In this document: in pieces, positions 53,958-64,000 of the stretch | Layout: each line of letters begins with the position of its first letter | How positions within the stretch are numbered: the stretch's first letter is position 1 | Assembly (NCBI GenBank): GCA_030704615.1 | Contig: CM060731.1 | Span: forward strand, 18,538,001-18,602,000 | Direction of reading: 5' to 3' | From: Takakia lepidozioides | Taxonomy: Eukaryota; Plantae; Bryophyta | Length of the DNA stretch: 64,000 nt | Position numbers and translations under genes: made by a program | The notes under the pieces: model-generated | The model's database searches: none | Told to the model about the DNA's origin: nothing | Seen by the model: only the letters and a program-made list of their open reading frames with translations

Positions 53958-54211
53958 ATGTCCGACATGGCGTTACTCTGGTATATTCTTGACACATGAC
54001 TCACATACCGGTTACTCTGCTATATTCATCCGGACAGACACATTGTAGAAATGAGACATCAAATTGTAAACAGTGGGCCAATTCCGACAGTTATTCAACA
54101 CAATGAAACACAATCATACAGAAGTGAGGTACGATGGTTTATTGATCGGACACGATGTCTCACATTTACCAACTGCAGACAAAACTAAGCCTTCCTCCTT
54201 CTACATGGGCT

Positions 54212-54786
54212 TCACCAAGTCGACGGAACTTCGATACCCCTCAAAACAAGCTCATCACTGCTGCACCTCGAGGTAAACTGCAATTCGGTCGTTCTGCTGC
54301 CCTTGCTGGAGCCGACGACAATGTCATGTCCATCAATGATACCACCATCATACATTGACAAGGTCACTGTGGGCCTCATGTGCCGTGCGATTCGTCTTCG
54401 CAACTCAGCCGAATGTCTCCATACACTGGAAGAGCGGAGTGATCTGCACGTATATAGTTTTCCCCGGTGCCGTCCTCCCTGGTCCACTGGCAGCAGTTCC
54501 AGCGCCAAAGCGAGGCCGTGCGTGATCTGTCCGGCATCCCTTTCCAGCTTGGTATATCGAGGTCAACAATTTTCAGGACCCACGGACCGCATTGACCCTC
54601 GCCCTCACCTCGCTCAAAGCGGTAATAGCCCTCCAGATACTCCATTGCGCGCAAAGACTCTTGCTTGATTCCAGCAGCGTCTGTGAAAACAGAGAGCCAG
54701 ACAATGATGTCTCCTGATTCTGGTTTGAACATAGCATAATCGTGGCCATGATAAGGGCAGTCGGCTGGATTTCGGCGGCACGGCAT
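54212..54786 (-). pseudogene. Unknown ~190-aa protein, paralog A (one frameshift)
   Basis: MPCRRNPADCPYHGHDYAMF...GYYRFERG...PWVLKIVD...RWNCCQWT...VYGDIRL / MYDGGIIDGHDIVV...ELVLRGIEVP; collinear with the ORF at 55341-55902. Confidence 0.6.
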
Positions 54787-55340
54787 CCTTGAAAAAGAGT
54801 AGCGGAGTACGCTCAATGACAGCAGCTCCCGGATGGAGGAGGAGCAGCGCGGTGGCTGGAAAAAGTTCAAGCTAACGCTGCAATTCCTCACAAACACTCC
54901 AGGGCACATTTAAATTTCCCCCCTACAGGATCCTGGACCGATGAAGATTGGCTGCTTCATGAATGTAGCCGTTTCAGTTTCCTACCCTGCCATGCAAAAA
55001 CTATGGGCACTCACTGCCAGGTGGGCCGATAGCCACTGGACACGACGAAGTCCATCCCCTCTTCGATGTAAATGCGGCGCCGAATTTCCATCCGGGGGGA
55101 TGGACTTCGGTGGCAGATCTCAAACTATAACTTGTTGATGAGAAAGATGTATGGGTTCATCCACCGCCGGTGATGAACACGTTCCACCTCCGTCGGTGGG
55201 TACGGGACCCAGATGCTCCATTATTGGAGGCCGGACTGCTCTTCCGCTTCGCATCATTTCCAAAATCTAAGGGCTTCGTAGCTGTCCGCAAGGTCATTGT
55301 CATCTGCATCCAAGTCGTCCTCAGGTCCTCCTTTGCAAGG

Positions 55341-55902
55341 ATGCCGTGCTTCCGGAACCGGGACGACTGCCCATTTGGAGGCATCGATTATGCAATGTAT
55401 TCGGCCACATCGGGAGACATTGTTATCTGTACACAGATTACACAGAAGATACTGGTTCGATTGTGGAAACATTGGTGGCTTTTGAGTATATCGTAGGCCA
55501 CTACGCCTTCGAGCGGGGTGACGATCTTGGTCTGAGGAGTCCGTGGCTCCTGCGCATCCTCGATTCCGATTTTCCCAGCTACGACGGTCACCCATGCAGA
55601 AGAAGGCGCACTGCTATGCTGTTGCGGTGGAACTGCTGCCACTGGACGTGGGTGGACTCCATCGGAGAGACCTATTCTCCTCAAGGAGTGCGCTCTCTTC
55701 TCCATTGTATGGGGACATTCGCATTGGTGTGGACGACGAAAACGTGAAGATTTCCATATTCGATGGTGGTATGATTGAAGGGCAGGACATTGTGGTGAAC
55801 ATCACTAGGGGCGGTACAACGGCTGCAATCGACTTTACATGGAGGAGCCCCATGACTCATGAGCTAGTTCTGAGAGCAGTCGAAGTCCCATTGACAACGT
55901 GA
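55341..55902 (+). pseudogene. Unknown ~185-aa protein, paralog B (two frameshifts)
   Basis: MPCFRNRDDCPFGGIDYAMY / GHYAFERG...PWLLRILD...RWNCCHWT / LYGDIRI...FDGGMIEGQDIVV...ELVLRAVEVP. Confidence 0.6.
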
Positions 55903-56769
55903 CTTGTATTCAGTAGGCACAGGGCTAAAGATTTGATTGCACAATCAGCACAGTAGACGTGCTTCAAATGCAATTCATGTGGATCAATAAAAACCTCATT
56001 GTGCCCTCTTTTTATTCTATTCTGTGTCCATCGTTCCGAGAATGCGTCATTGCTCATTTCGTTTGGGATTGGGAGTGTGTGGTTTTTGCAAGTGGCTGGT
56101 AGGCTGAAATGGGCCCCCATTGTACAGAGCAGTACCACCCTACCATTCGCGAAACATTGCCTTTCAATATATAATTCTAAATAACATTGCCGAACCTCCT
56201 TCATCGGGAGGTCCTTCTCCCCCTATGACCGTGGCACCCTAAACCCTATTCCCGCGGACACTCATTTCCGGAAAATAGTGCTGCTCATGTTTTTTTCCAC
56301 ACTTACGACTCTGCTCATGGCTCATGCCGCTCATGGCTCATGGCTCATGAAATAGCAGCCCCCCGTCGTCTGTCTCCTCTTGTGACAATGGGTCCAATGT
56401 CAGGCTCCCAATTGCCCTTCGTAACTGCAACCTTAAGTCCAGCAGACTTAGAAGTAGGAGACGCGTCCCGTGGTTGCTATGCCGCAACCTCATGAGCAGT
56501 ACTCCCTGCCTACTCAGTCAATGATAAGGCCTCATCCTGCCCCATCATCTCATCCTTGAGGACCTCCTCAACCCGAGAAGAATCCCCAACCTCATCCATC
56601 ACAGCCGCCTTGGCTGCCAACTCCATCTGAACCTCGAGCACCTCCCACGTGTGCCATGGATGTCTACACCCCGTGGTCCTCACCGGCTTGCCCCCACTCA
56701 CTGCCTGTACCATCTCGGTAGGCAGAGAGACCGTCAAGGGAAGTGCACTCCGCACTCTTCTTTGCTCAG

Positions 56770-57710
56770 CCATAGCCAAGCTGATAATCCAGGTCAAGTA
56801 ATTTAGATCCATTGCTTGCCCCAACACCTGACGACGTGATGCCTCAGAAAGTGAAGGCACCGCCGTGGTCCCAGTGGAAAAACCCATAGCCCGCTCTCGC
56901 TCGTCGGCATTAGGCTCCACTAACTGCTGCAACTGAGCATCCCACAGGAGGCCAGGTCCACTATCTCGGAAAACAAGTGATCCTGGGAAGCTGAGCAGTG
57001 TAGGTAGTGCTGCTCGTGGTCGACCCACCTTGTTGACCACTGCCAAAGGCGGACGGTCATCGTGTCTCACACCCTGAGACTGCCTCCCCGTGTCCAAGAT
57101 GCTATCAATTGTGAGGTGTGCTGGCCGCTGCATCCCATCAAATGCACGCTTGAGCAGTGCGGGTGACATCAAGTTAGTCCACCATAGCCATGGACGATGA
57201 GCCCATGACCCCACTGCAGCTGCATCCAGCAACACTGCTGACCCAAGCCACGACCAGACTTGATGCACACTGGCCATCACCCTGGCCCAGAATTGCCCAT
57301 CAGTGGCACATTCTCCAAGATGTATGTTGGAGATACAGCTTGATGAAGCTGTAAGTGGCGCAAAACCCGCACCATCTCCCAAAACAGACCCAACCTCGAG
57401 TCTCGCAATGAATGCCCTTGGTAGGGCCAACCTGCCACTACTAGATCAATGGAGCCAACCCGCTCCAAATCTTGCGCCCCCAGCACGAATGTCTGCTGGC
57501 AAGGCCTGCTGATATCCACAAACTACAGACACCGGCAACAATCAGGGTACTGCTGCACCAACTGAGCAACATGACGGAGTGAGATGCGTCGTGCGGTCTC
57601 ATCCCTCTCCACATACAAGTAACGCGCCGTACGTACACTTGCCTGTAGAACAGCAGCCAATCCGGTGCTGATCCCGCCAAACAGTCCAGAAGGCAAATGC
57701 CTTCATCCGG
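56770..57710 (-). pseudogene. DNMT3-like cytosine-5 DNA methyltransferase domain within retrotransposon pol
   Basis: Motif I LFGGISTGLAAVLQA, II YLYVERD, IV IDLVVAGWP(Y)QGHS, VI YILENV, VIII DAAAVGSWAHRPWLWWTNL, IX-X ERERAMGFSTGTT...RRQVLGQAMD. Frameshifts are present and the catalytic Cys is replaced by Tyr. Confidence 0.88.
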
Positions 57711-58094
57711 GACACTGCCACACGATCGGTGTGGTGTCCAATGGTGATAACTGAGGTGGTCCTAGTGCAATCCCCGCACTGTCCTCCTCTCTTGACGGTA
57801 CAAAAGCCTCTACCCAGGCTTGTTGCACACGACAATCAGCAACCCGCTGCAAATCCTTGTCGAGCCCCACAATGGAGTGTGAGCAACCATGGTAGGCAAC
57901 TCCGCCATACCATACATGTCATCCTGCTCTCCCAGAGGTGACACATCTTCTGAATGAGTGTTGCCATCCAACAACTCTCCAGGCCAAGTCACTGCAGTTG
58001 TGAATGCTGACTGTGTCGGCATCTTGCCTTGCTGGGCGGCAACTGCAATCCTCCTATGAACGTCACAGGGAGTTGCATACGCCGGCCCTCCCGT

Positions 58095-58430
58095 GACTGC
58101 CATCCAGGCCTATAGGAAGCTGACTCCTCCCAAAAATCCAGGGTGAAGTCCATGGGATACAACACTGTCGCACCAACAAGGACATCGTACAAGACCGCGT
58201 CTGTCACAATGGCCTTGGCTCTCATCACTGAGCTATCTAGGATGATCCGGCTGTAGTCTGATAGCCAACTCATGCCGTGTCATGCCCCAAGCCTGCTTTG
58301 ATCCTCCCAGAGATGTATGTATCTGGAAAGGGCACGGCTCCATATCCGCGTCCGTGAGGCCCAAGCCTACAATAGCAGCTCTGCCCAGCATCAATGGCTG
58401 AGCTCCCGAGTCCAACAAGACTCATAGTGG
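58095..58430 (-). pseudogene. Retrotransposon aspartic protease
   Basis: LDSGAQPLMLG catalytic motif and downstream YDVLVGATVLYP...LDF. Confidence 0.8.
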
Positions 58431-59035
58431 CCGGTACCTCTTTGCCTGCCGGTCCACTCAAATAAAATGTCATCCTGGTTGTCTAACATGACCACTCCAG
58501 ATGTTACCATGGCGCGCTCAATGGTTGGCCTAGCTGGCAGCTCCATCAACCTAGCAGCTGCCGTCGTGGCAGTCTTGACCCTCAAATCCAAGGATCCCTT
58601 CGGCACTACACCTCCCACTATCTCCGCAGAAGATGAAGTAAACTCCCCACTCTCACAGAGTGTAGCTACCAGCTGAACACCTCAGCTGGTCTTACCCCGG
58701 CGTCGCAATCATGGTAGCCGAGAACAATGGAGCCTGGCACACAGATGTGGCCGCCCCCAGCAGCACACTAGCTGCCGTAGCCTTGGCATCACCAGGTAGT
58801 GGTGCTGCCCGTGTAGCTCTCCCAAATGGCATAGTAACCTCCGCCTCGGTAATAGTCGGGCGAGAACTAGGTGCCATGGACGGCGTCGACACTGTCTCCG
58901 CCAATGTGAATGACTGAGGAAGCCTGGCCTGACGGCTTGCCTGCCCACGCTGTGGATCCAACTCCACCTCCGCACCCCGTGGCTCAGGAACTCGTGTTGC
59001 TCCTCAAGTCACTGCCGCAGCTGACTCCACTTCCA

Positions 59036-60670
59036 CTAGTGGTAGTCCTGCCCCGCACATAGTGGTAGTGGTAGTGGTGCCCCACCCACAGTGGTAGTGG
59101 TAGTGGCACCCCTCACTAGTGGTAGTGCTGCCTCGCACATGAATCCCATGCCTCCCATGTCTCCTCCCTCAAGAGCAGGAGGTGGACCATCCGGCCTTGG
59201 AGCCGATACCACCTGAGCTGTGGCCATGGCAGCGAGCCTCTGCTCTAGTTGCTGAAGCTGGTTGGCCATGCCTTGGTAACCACCCTGACCTACGCGTCCT
59301 TGGCCATGTTGAGCTTGGCCTTGGCCAGCACCTCGTGCCTGGCCACCTCGTCCTCTCTGGGCTGCTCCACCTCGCCCCCGGCCACCATTGTTCCCTTGGA
59401 ACTGGCCTGGGCGCAACTTAGGGTGCAAACCATAGCACTGGCTTCTCATGCCCGTACTTGCCACAATGCCCATACTCAATTGTGTAGGTGTGCCAGTGCC
59501 AACCATTGCCTCCCTCTGGGCAATCCTTCTTGATATGGGGTCCTCCACATGTCCAGCACACCACATCCGCCCGTTGTTGGCTTGCAAATGAAGGGAGAGA
59601 CCCCTGCATCTGAGGTCCTCTCTGTCCTTCCCTAGGCTTCACCTGAGCTCCCTTGTTGCCTTGAGCACATTGAGGTAGTGGCTGGCTAGGAGCACCACTA
59701 CCCCGTGGTGCCTACTTAGCAAATCCCACCATGACCACTCGCTCCTCCACCATGTTGAGCTTTATCCGCTCTGCCAGCAAAAACACATTTGCTAAGGTGG
59801 GTTGGGCCACTTGTAGGAGAATTGCATCCCGCACCCTTCTCCTCAGCTGCTTGTCCAATATCCCATACCAGAATTGGACTGCCTGAGCCTCCGTAACTCC
59901 TTGGGTTACATTAATCAAGCCCCTCATGCGAATGAAAGCCTCCCTCAAGCTCTCAGTAGGCTTTCGTTGGGACTCTTGCAAGCTCCTCAACTTCTCTGTC
60001 CTCACCCCTTGGTAGTTCCTTCTCAACTCTTCGAAGAACTCCACAACAGGGTTGAAGGCAGGCACCGACACTGGTTCTGGTGCAACAGTAGCTTGGGTGG
60101 ACGTCGTAGTGCTGTGTACCACTAGTCCAATAGTGCTCGTGGAAGCTGCTATTGTAGCTGCTGCTGCTGGTGCAGCTGCCGGTGTGGCTGCTGCCCTTGT
60201 GCCTCTAGTGATAGAGACATAGTCGGGTGACCATTACATCCTCCACTCCTCGATCTCAACATTGTGCCCCCGCCTAAACTCATGGTAATCATCCATGGGC
60301 GGCCCCTCAAGGTGCTGAAATAGCCCCTTCCATGCCATGAAAGGCGTAAACAGTTGTGGATTGCGCATTTGCTGCAAGTCACACCAACTATCAAACTCTT
60401 GAATGAAATCATCCAACTCAATGGTGCCCACCGCCCCAAGTACCTACGTGGCCCCTTGGTGGCTCCATACATCTCCTCCATTGTGTCCCACAACAATGGC
60501 AAGGAAACAACTTGCACCGCCGGTGTGAGTCCTCCTGATTCACAATCCGAATCAGAACCTTCCGTAGAAGACACAGGAGGTGAAGGTGGCCTAAACCACA
60601 CACCTCGTCTTGTATACCCGCTAGTATCACTAGTGCTCGTACCGGCACTTTCCCTAGCAACTAGTGGCAC
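59036..60670 (-). pseudogene. Retrotransposon gag with CCHC-type zinc knuckles
   Basis: ELDDFIQEFDSWC...GLFQHLEG; FFEELRRNYQG...QRKPTESLREAFIRM...QFWYGILD; CWTCGGPHIKKDC and HCGKYGHEKP; Gly/Arg-rich tail. Confidence 0.8.
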
Positions 60671-62986
60671 CTCCGTGTTGACAAACTGACACTCAACCGG
60701 TCACGAACCTGTCTCTAACCCCCTCTCCACAAGGTAACCGGGTAGAGAACCTGATGCGGCTTATGGTTTGGAATACTAGGTTCCTAACATAGCCTGCACT
60801 GCACCTGCATCCACCGTAGGCACTCCTATGGTTGGCTGGTCATCACCTCCAACCTCACCACAGGAGAAACAAGATGGTCTGACTGGTCATCACCCCAGCC
60901 TCACCATCGACAACATGCTCTAGGGTGGGATCGGCGATCAAGCCCGAGACCACCACCTATAAAATCAAGCGCCCACACAAAACTAGCATGGCGCACAATA
61001 GCATGCAGGTGTGGAGGGGATCCAAACACAAGAATGAAAACAACAACTCCCCCATACCAAAAACAACTCCACAGTGTCGCTCCTGCAACCCAGCCCAAAC
61101 CCGGACTGACTCTTGCCTCCACCTACGGAAAGGTCTCGGCCTACAGAGAAGGTGGAAAGCTACGAGGAAGGGAAACTAAAGCAATGCCTATCCCCAGCAC
61201 GCTCTCATCCCAACACCCTCTTTTTTCCTCTCTTCTCTCACTTGCATGACCATGAGAGCATCCTGTAGACACTCCTCAAACCGCCCTCCACGAGCTCATG
61301 AAACTTGGCCTCCAAGGCCCCATGCAAGCCTCCACAGGGTCCGCCAGTGCCTCCTTACGTCCACCAGCCATTCCTCCGAATGGAACCACCTCAGGAAACC
61401 ACGCCATTCACTGGAGGTTCAAAAATGGAGCAAATAGAGGTACATATAGGCCCCAACAACATTCTGTCCAAAGGAATTACCTGCAGGCTGGTCTCCCCCA
61501 TAGTTAAGAATTGGGCTGAAAACCAGAAAAGATTACATGCAGGGGAGTAATCCCCTTTGTTAAAACTCAACAGGGAGGCAATTCCGACTTTTCTGCCGGA
61601 TCAGCTAGCTCAAAACCATTGTTCTTCAGAGCCCAGCCTCCCACCGTACCCACCCGTTGTGTCCGCACCACGACTTCCAACGGTCACGGTCAACGGTCAC
61701 GACTTGGACTCGTGGTATCTCGTGATACCGCCCCAACGGCCCATCACAGCCACTATTCTCTGTTCCCTGGAACTCCCAACGAGTTCCCATGCATTCCCGA
61801 GGCGTTCCCGAGGCGTTCTCGAGCTGGGGTTTGCTCCTGCACCTACTGCTATGCTCTCTTGGGCTCTCACAACCCACCAGAGGCACCCTCAACTCAACAA
61901 GCAAGCTATATGCTCCCCAACAAGCTCCATTTCTTCATGAAGCTCACAAAAACGAATCTGAAAATACACACCTTTACAAACTTGGTGCACCTGCAATTCT
62001 ACTGCACATTCCCTGGCTCTAGGATGCCTTGTTGCTGCCCTTCCAGGCCCCCGCTCTTGCCACTCCAAGAGCCCTTACACTGCTGAGTTTCAGATTGAAA
62101 CTCCAACTCAGCACATGTTTCACAAGTGCACTGACTTGCACAAAAGAGAGACCTGCCCCCTCTCTTCACTCATACCTCTTCATGAGTTTGGAGCTGAAGC
62201 TCCCAACGGGCTGCGATGCATCCCCTCGCAGCTCCACCATTCGGCTGCTCCTCATCTACCCGCAACAACTAGTTTCGGGCAGATACCTGGAGCTGATCAT
62301 ATCATCTCCAACCTGCAGCATGCTAACTTCCCTTGCACAGCCCACATTCCTGCAGCTTCTTAACTCGGCCTGCAGCTGAAGAAGACGACCACCAATTCGT
62401 CCACTCGTGGCCAGCATCTCCTCTGCTTTACATCAAAAGCCCAAACTTGGTTGCCATAGCGTTGAGCTATGCAACGCCGCTCTTCAACAGAGGCTACCCG
62501 CCTCTCTATCCATTGCAAACCTGCAACCTGTTCGCCTTGCACTCTATCTGCTTTGGATAGGCTCACGCACGGATCCCTGCACTCGAGGCTGAACTGCTTC
62601 TCATGAAAACACAAGTGCTACAAAAACAACTCGAACCCTGGCACTCACAGACTCGAGCTGATCTTTCTCGAGTGATAAGGAAATGAATGATACAAGCACA
62701 CAAGCTCTCTCAAACTCCATACTTGCATGAAAACATCACTCATATATTAAGTCGAGCCAAGTGCACCCCACGCCATGGGGAATCCACACTATGGCGCCAT
62801 AGCTAGACGCGGTGAGGCTCAACTCGAGAAAGATGAGCCCACCGCGATCTACCGTGAAGATAACAATGCCAAGTGCCCAAACATGTATTGGCCCCTGGAT
62901 TGACACTTGGGTCAATCCCAAATATCAATATATAAAAGCTAGCTATTTCCTAGCTAACTTCACACTAGTGGTAAAATAACTTGACA

Positions 62987-64000
62987 GTTTCCATTGAGAA
63001 TGACCAGGGCGTCACATGGGGCCCCACTGCAGAGGAGCTTTAGAATTGGAGCCCCCACTGGCACACTGTAAATGCCGAGTTCGAAGCCTCTCTGAAGAGT
63101 AATCCCACATTCACACACATGGCAGGGAAGATGTTCTTCGTCTGGGACGGGAACCATAGGATGTTTGCCTGGACAGAGTACATTGCTGAAATGCATCCGC
63201 AAGATATCAATTGGCATTACATGGTGGACTGCATTGTCGTGAAGGTGGACGTGAGGGACAGAGGACGCTGAAGGGTGCCATGGCGGATATAAATGTAAGT
63301 ATACTACTACATCCTTGTGTAGTGCCTATTGCGGCGCCGAAATAGACAATGTTCTTGACTGTCAGCCACTCTATGAACTGGAAATTGAATTGTTGTGCCG
63401 AAATCTGGTTATTTTTGTATCATATTTTCATGTTGTTCATTTTTTTTTTTCTCCATGGCAGGTTAACATGAGAGGGCCTTCGTGGAAACTCACCTGGCAC
63501 ATACGCTTTACAGAGTGCAAGAAGTGGGCACAGCACCGCTGACGGACTTCCAAAATCCCTCGATCCGAGCTGTACGGAAGTCCCTTGCGAAAGCGGATCG
63601 CACCTGGTACCGACCAAACCAACACTGGACGCCATGGTGGAGATCCTCTATTCGGTGAGGTTCATCTCAAATTTCCCGATTTAATGCTATTTGTTGCAGG
63701 GATCAGTGGCCTGACTGTATCCACTGGGTATGGAAATGCAGACGAACATCAGGGATGATTTGGCCTATGCCAAAAGGCAGTTCTTTGAGAGTGATGCCCC
63801 CAACAAGGCGGACGCATCGATAGAGAGTCACATTGTGCAGGCAGGGAGGCAATCACAGACCAAATACAGGTCCAAACTTGTGAAGCAAGTTGCAATCACT
63901 GACCCTGGTCTTGGTGCCGAGTTCCTGGCGGAGATAGGACTGCATTACTCCAGACCCATAAAACCGGAAATGTCCATGGAGAAACTTCATCACATTGCAG
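62987..64000 (+). pseudogene. Second ParB/Srx-like gene paralog, cut at its 5' side by the LTR element and running off the window end
   Basis: SIENDQGVTWGPTAEEL*NWSPHWHTVNAEFEASLK...MFFVWDGNHRMFAW...WHYMVDCIV; later DLAYAKRQFFES...TKYRSKLVKQVAITDPGLG...MEKLHH. Collinear with 49148-50115, including similar intron positions. Confidence 0.85.

Larger units (their letters stand above)
45420..56280. mobile_element. Putative DNA mobile element carrying ParB-MTase, palindrome arrays and a paralog pair; right end possibly CACTA-type
   Basis: The shared palindrome runs through the interval; the segment ends ...TTTCCGGAAAATAGTG (reverse complement CACTATTTTCCGGAAATG); a second family member starts at 62987. 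No transposase or left TIR is visible. Confidence 0.45.
56350..62986 (-). mobile_element. 3'-truncated, decayed LTR retrotransposon (gypsy-like order) with gag, protease and a C5-DNA methyltransferase
   Basis: On the minus strand it starts TGTCAAG at 62986, exactly at the break in the ParB paralog, followed by gag, two Zn knuckles, protease and DNMT. RT, RH, IN and the 3' LTR are absent. Confidence 0.8.

Noticed and set aside
60700-62986. Primer-binding site and inner LTR boundary
   Set aside because: No convincing tRNA-complementary PBS found, and no second LTR in the window for comparison.

Overview
Eukaryotic, intron-containing plant genomic DNA, most likely from a non-seed land plant that has organellar C-to-U editing (a DYW-type PPR gene and an intronless microbial-type terpene synthase occur together). 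1-22 kb is genic: a PDF-motif + PLS-PPR-E-DYW gene carrying a frameshift, coilin, and oligopeptidase B. 22-45 kb is a graveyard of MITEs, hAT and gypsy remnants, gene fragments (TFIIIC subunit, CYP72-clan P450 fused to PPR debris) and a complex satellite, with one apparently intact MTPSL terpene synthase. 46-64 kb holds the most unusual material. First, a roughly 10 kb element with a spliced, decayed gene for a ParB/Srx-like domain fused to a beta-class N6A/N4C DNA methyltransferase. The gene is flanked by arrays of a 22-34 bp palindrome (GGAAATGCGG-NN-CCGCATTTCC), spaced at a near-constant 53 bp in the left array and also present in its introns; a divergent pair of unknown paralogous ORFs and a possible CACTA-type end follow. 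Second, an LTR retrotransposon remnant carrying a DNMT3-like C5-cytosine methyltransferase between protease and the missing RT. Third, a second ParB-like paralog into which that retrotransposon inserted. All family calls come from motif recognition by eye, not database searches.
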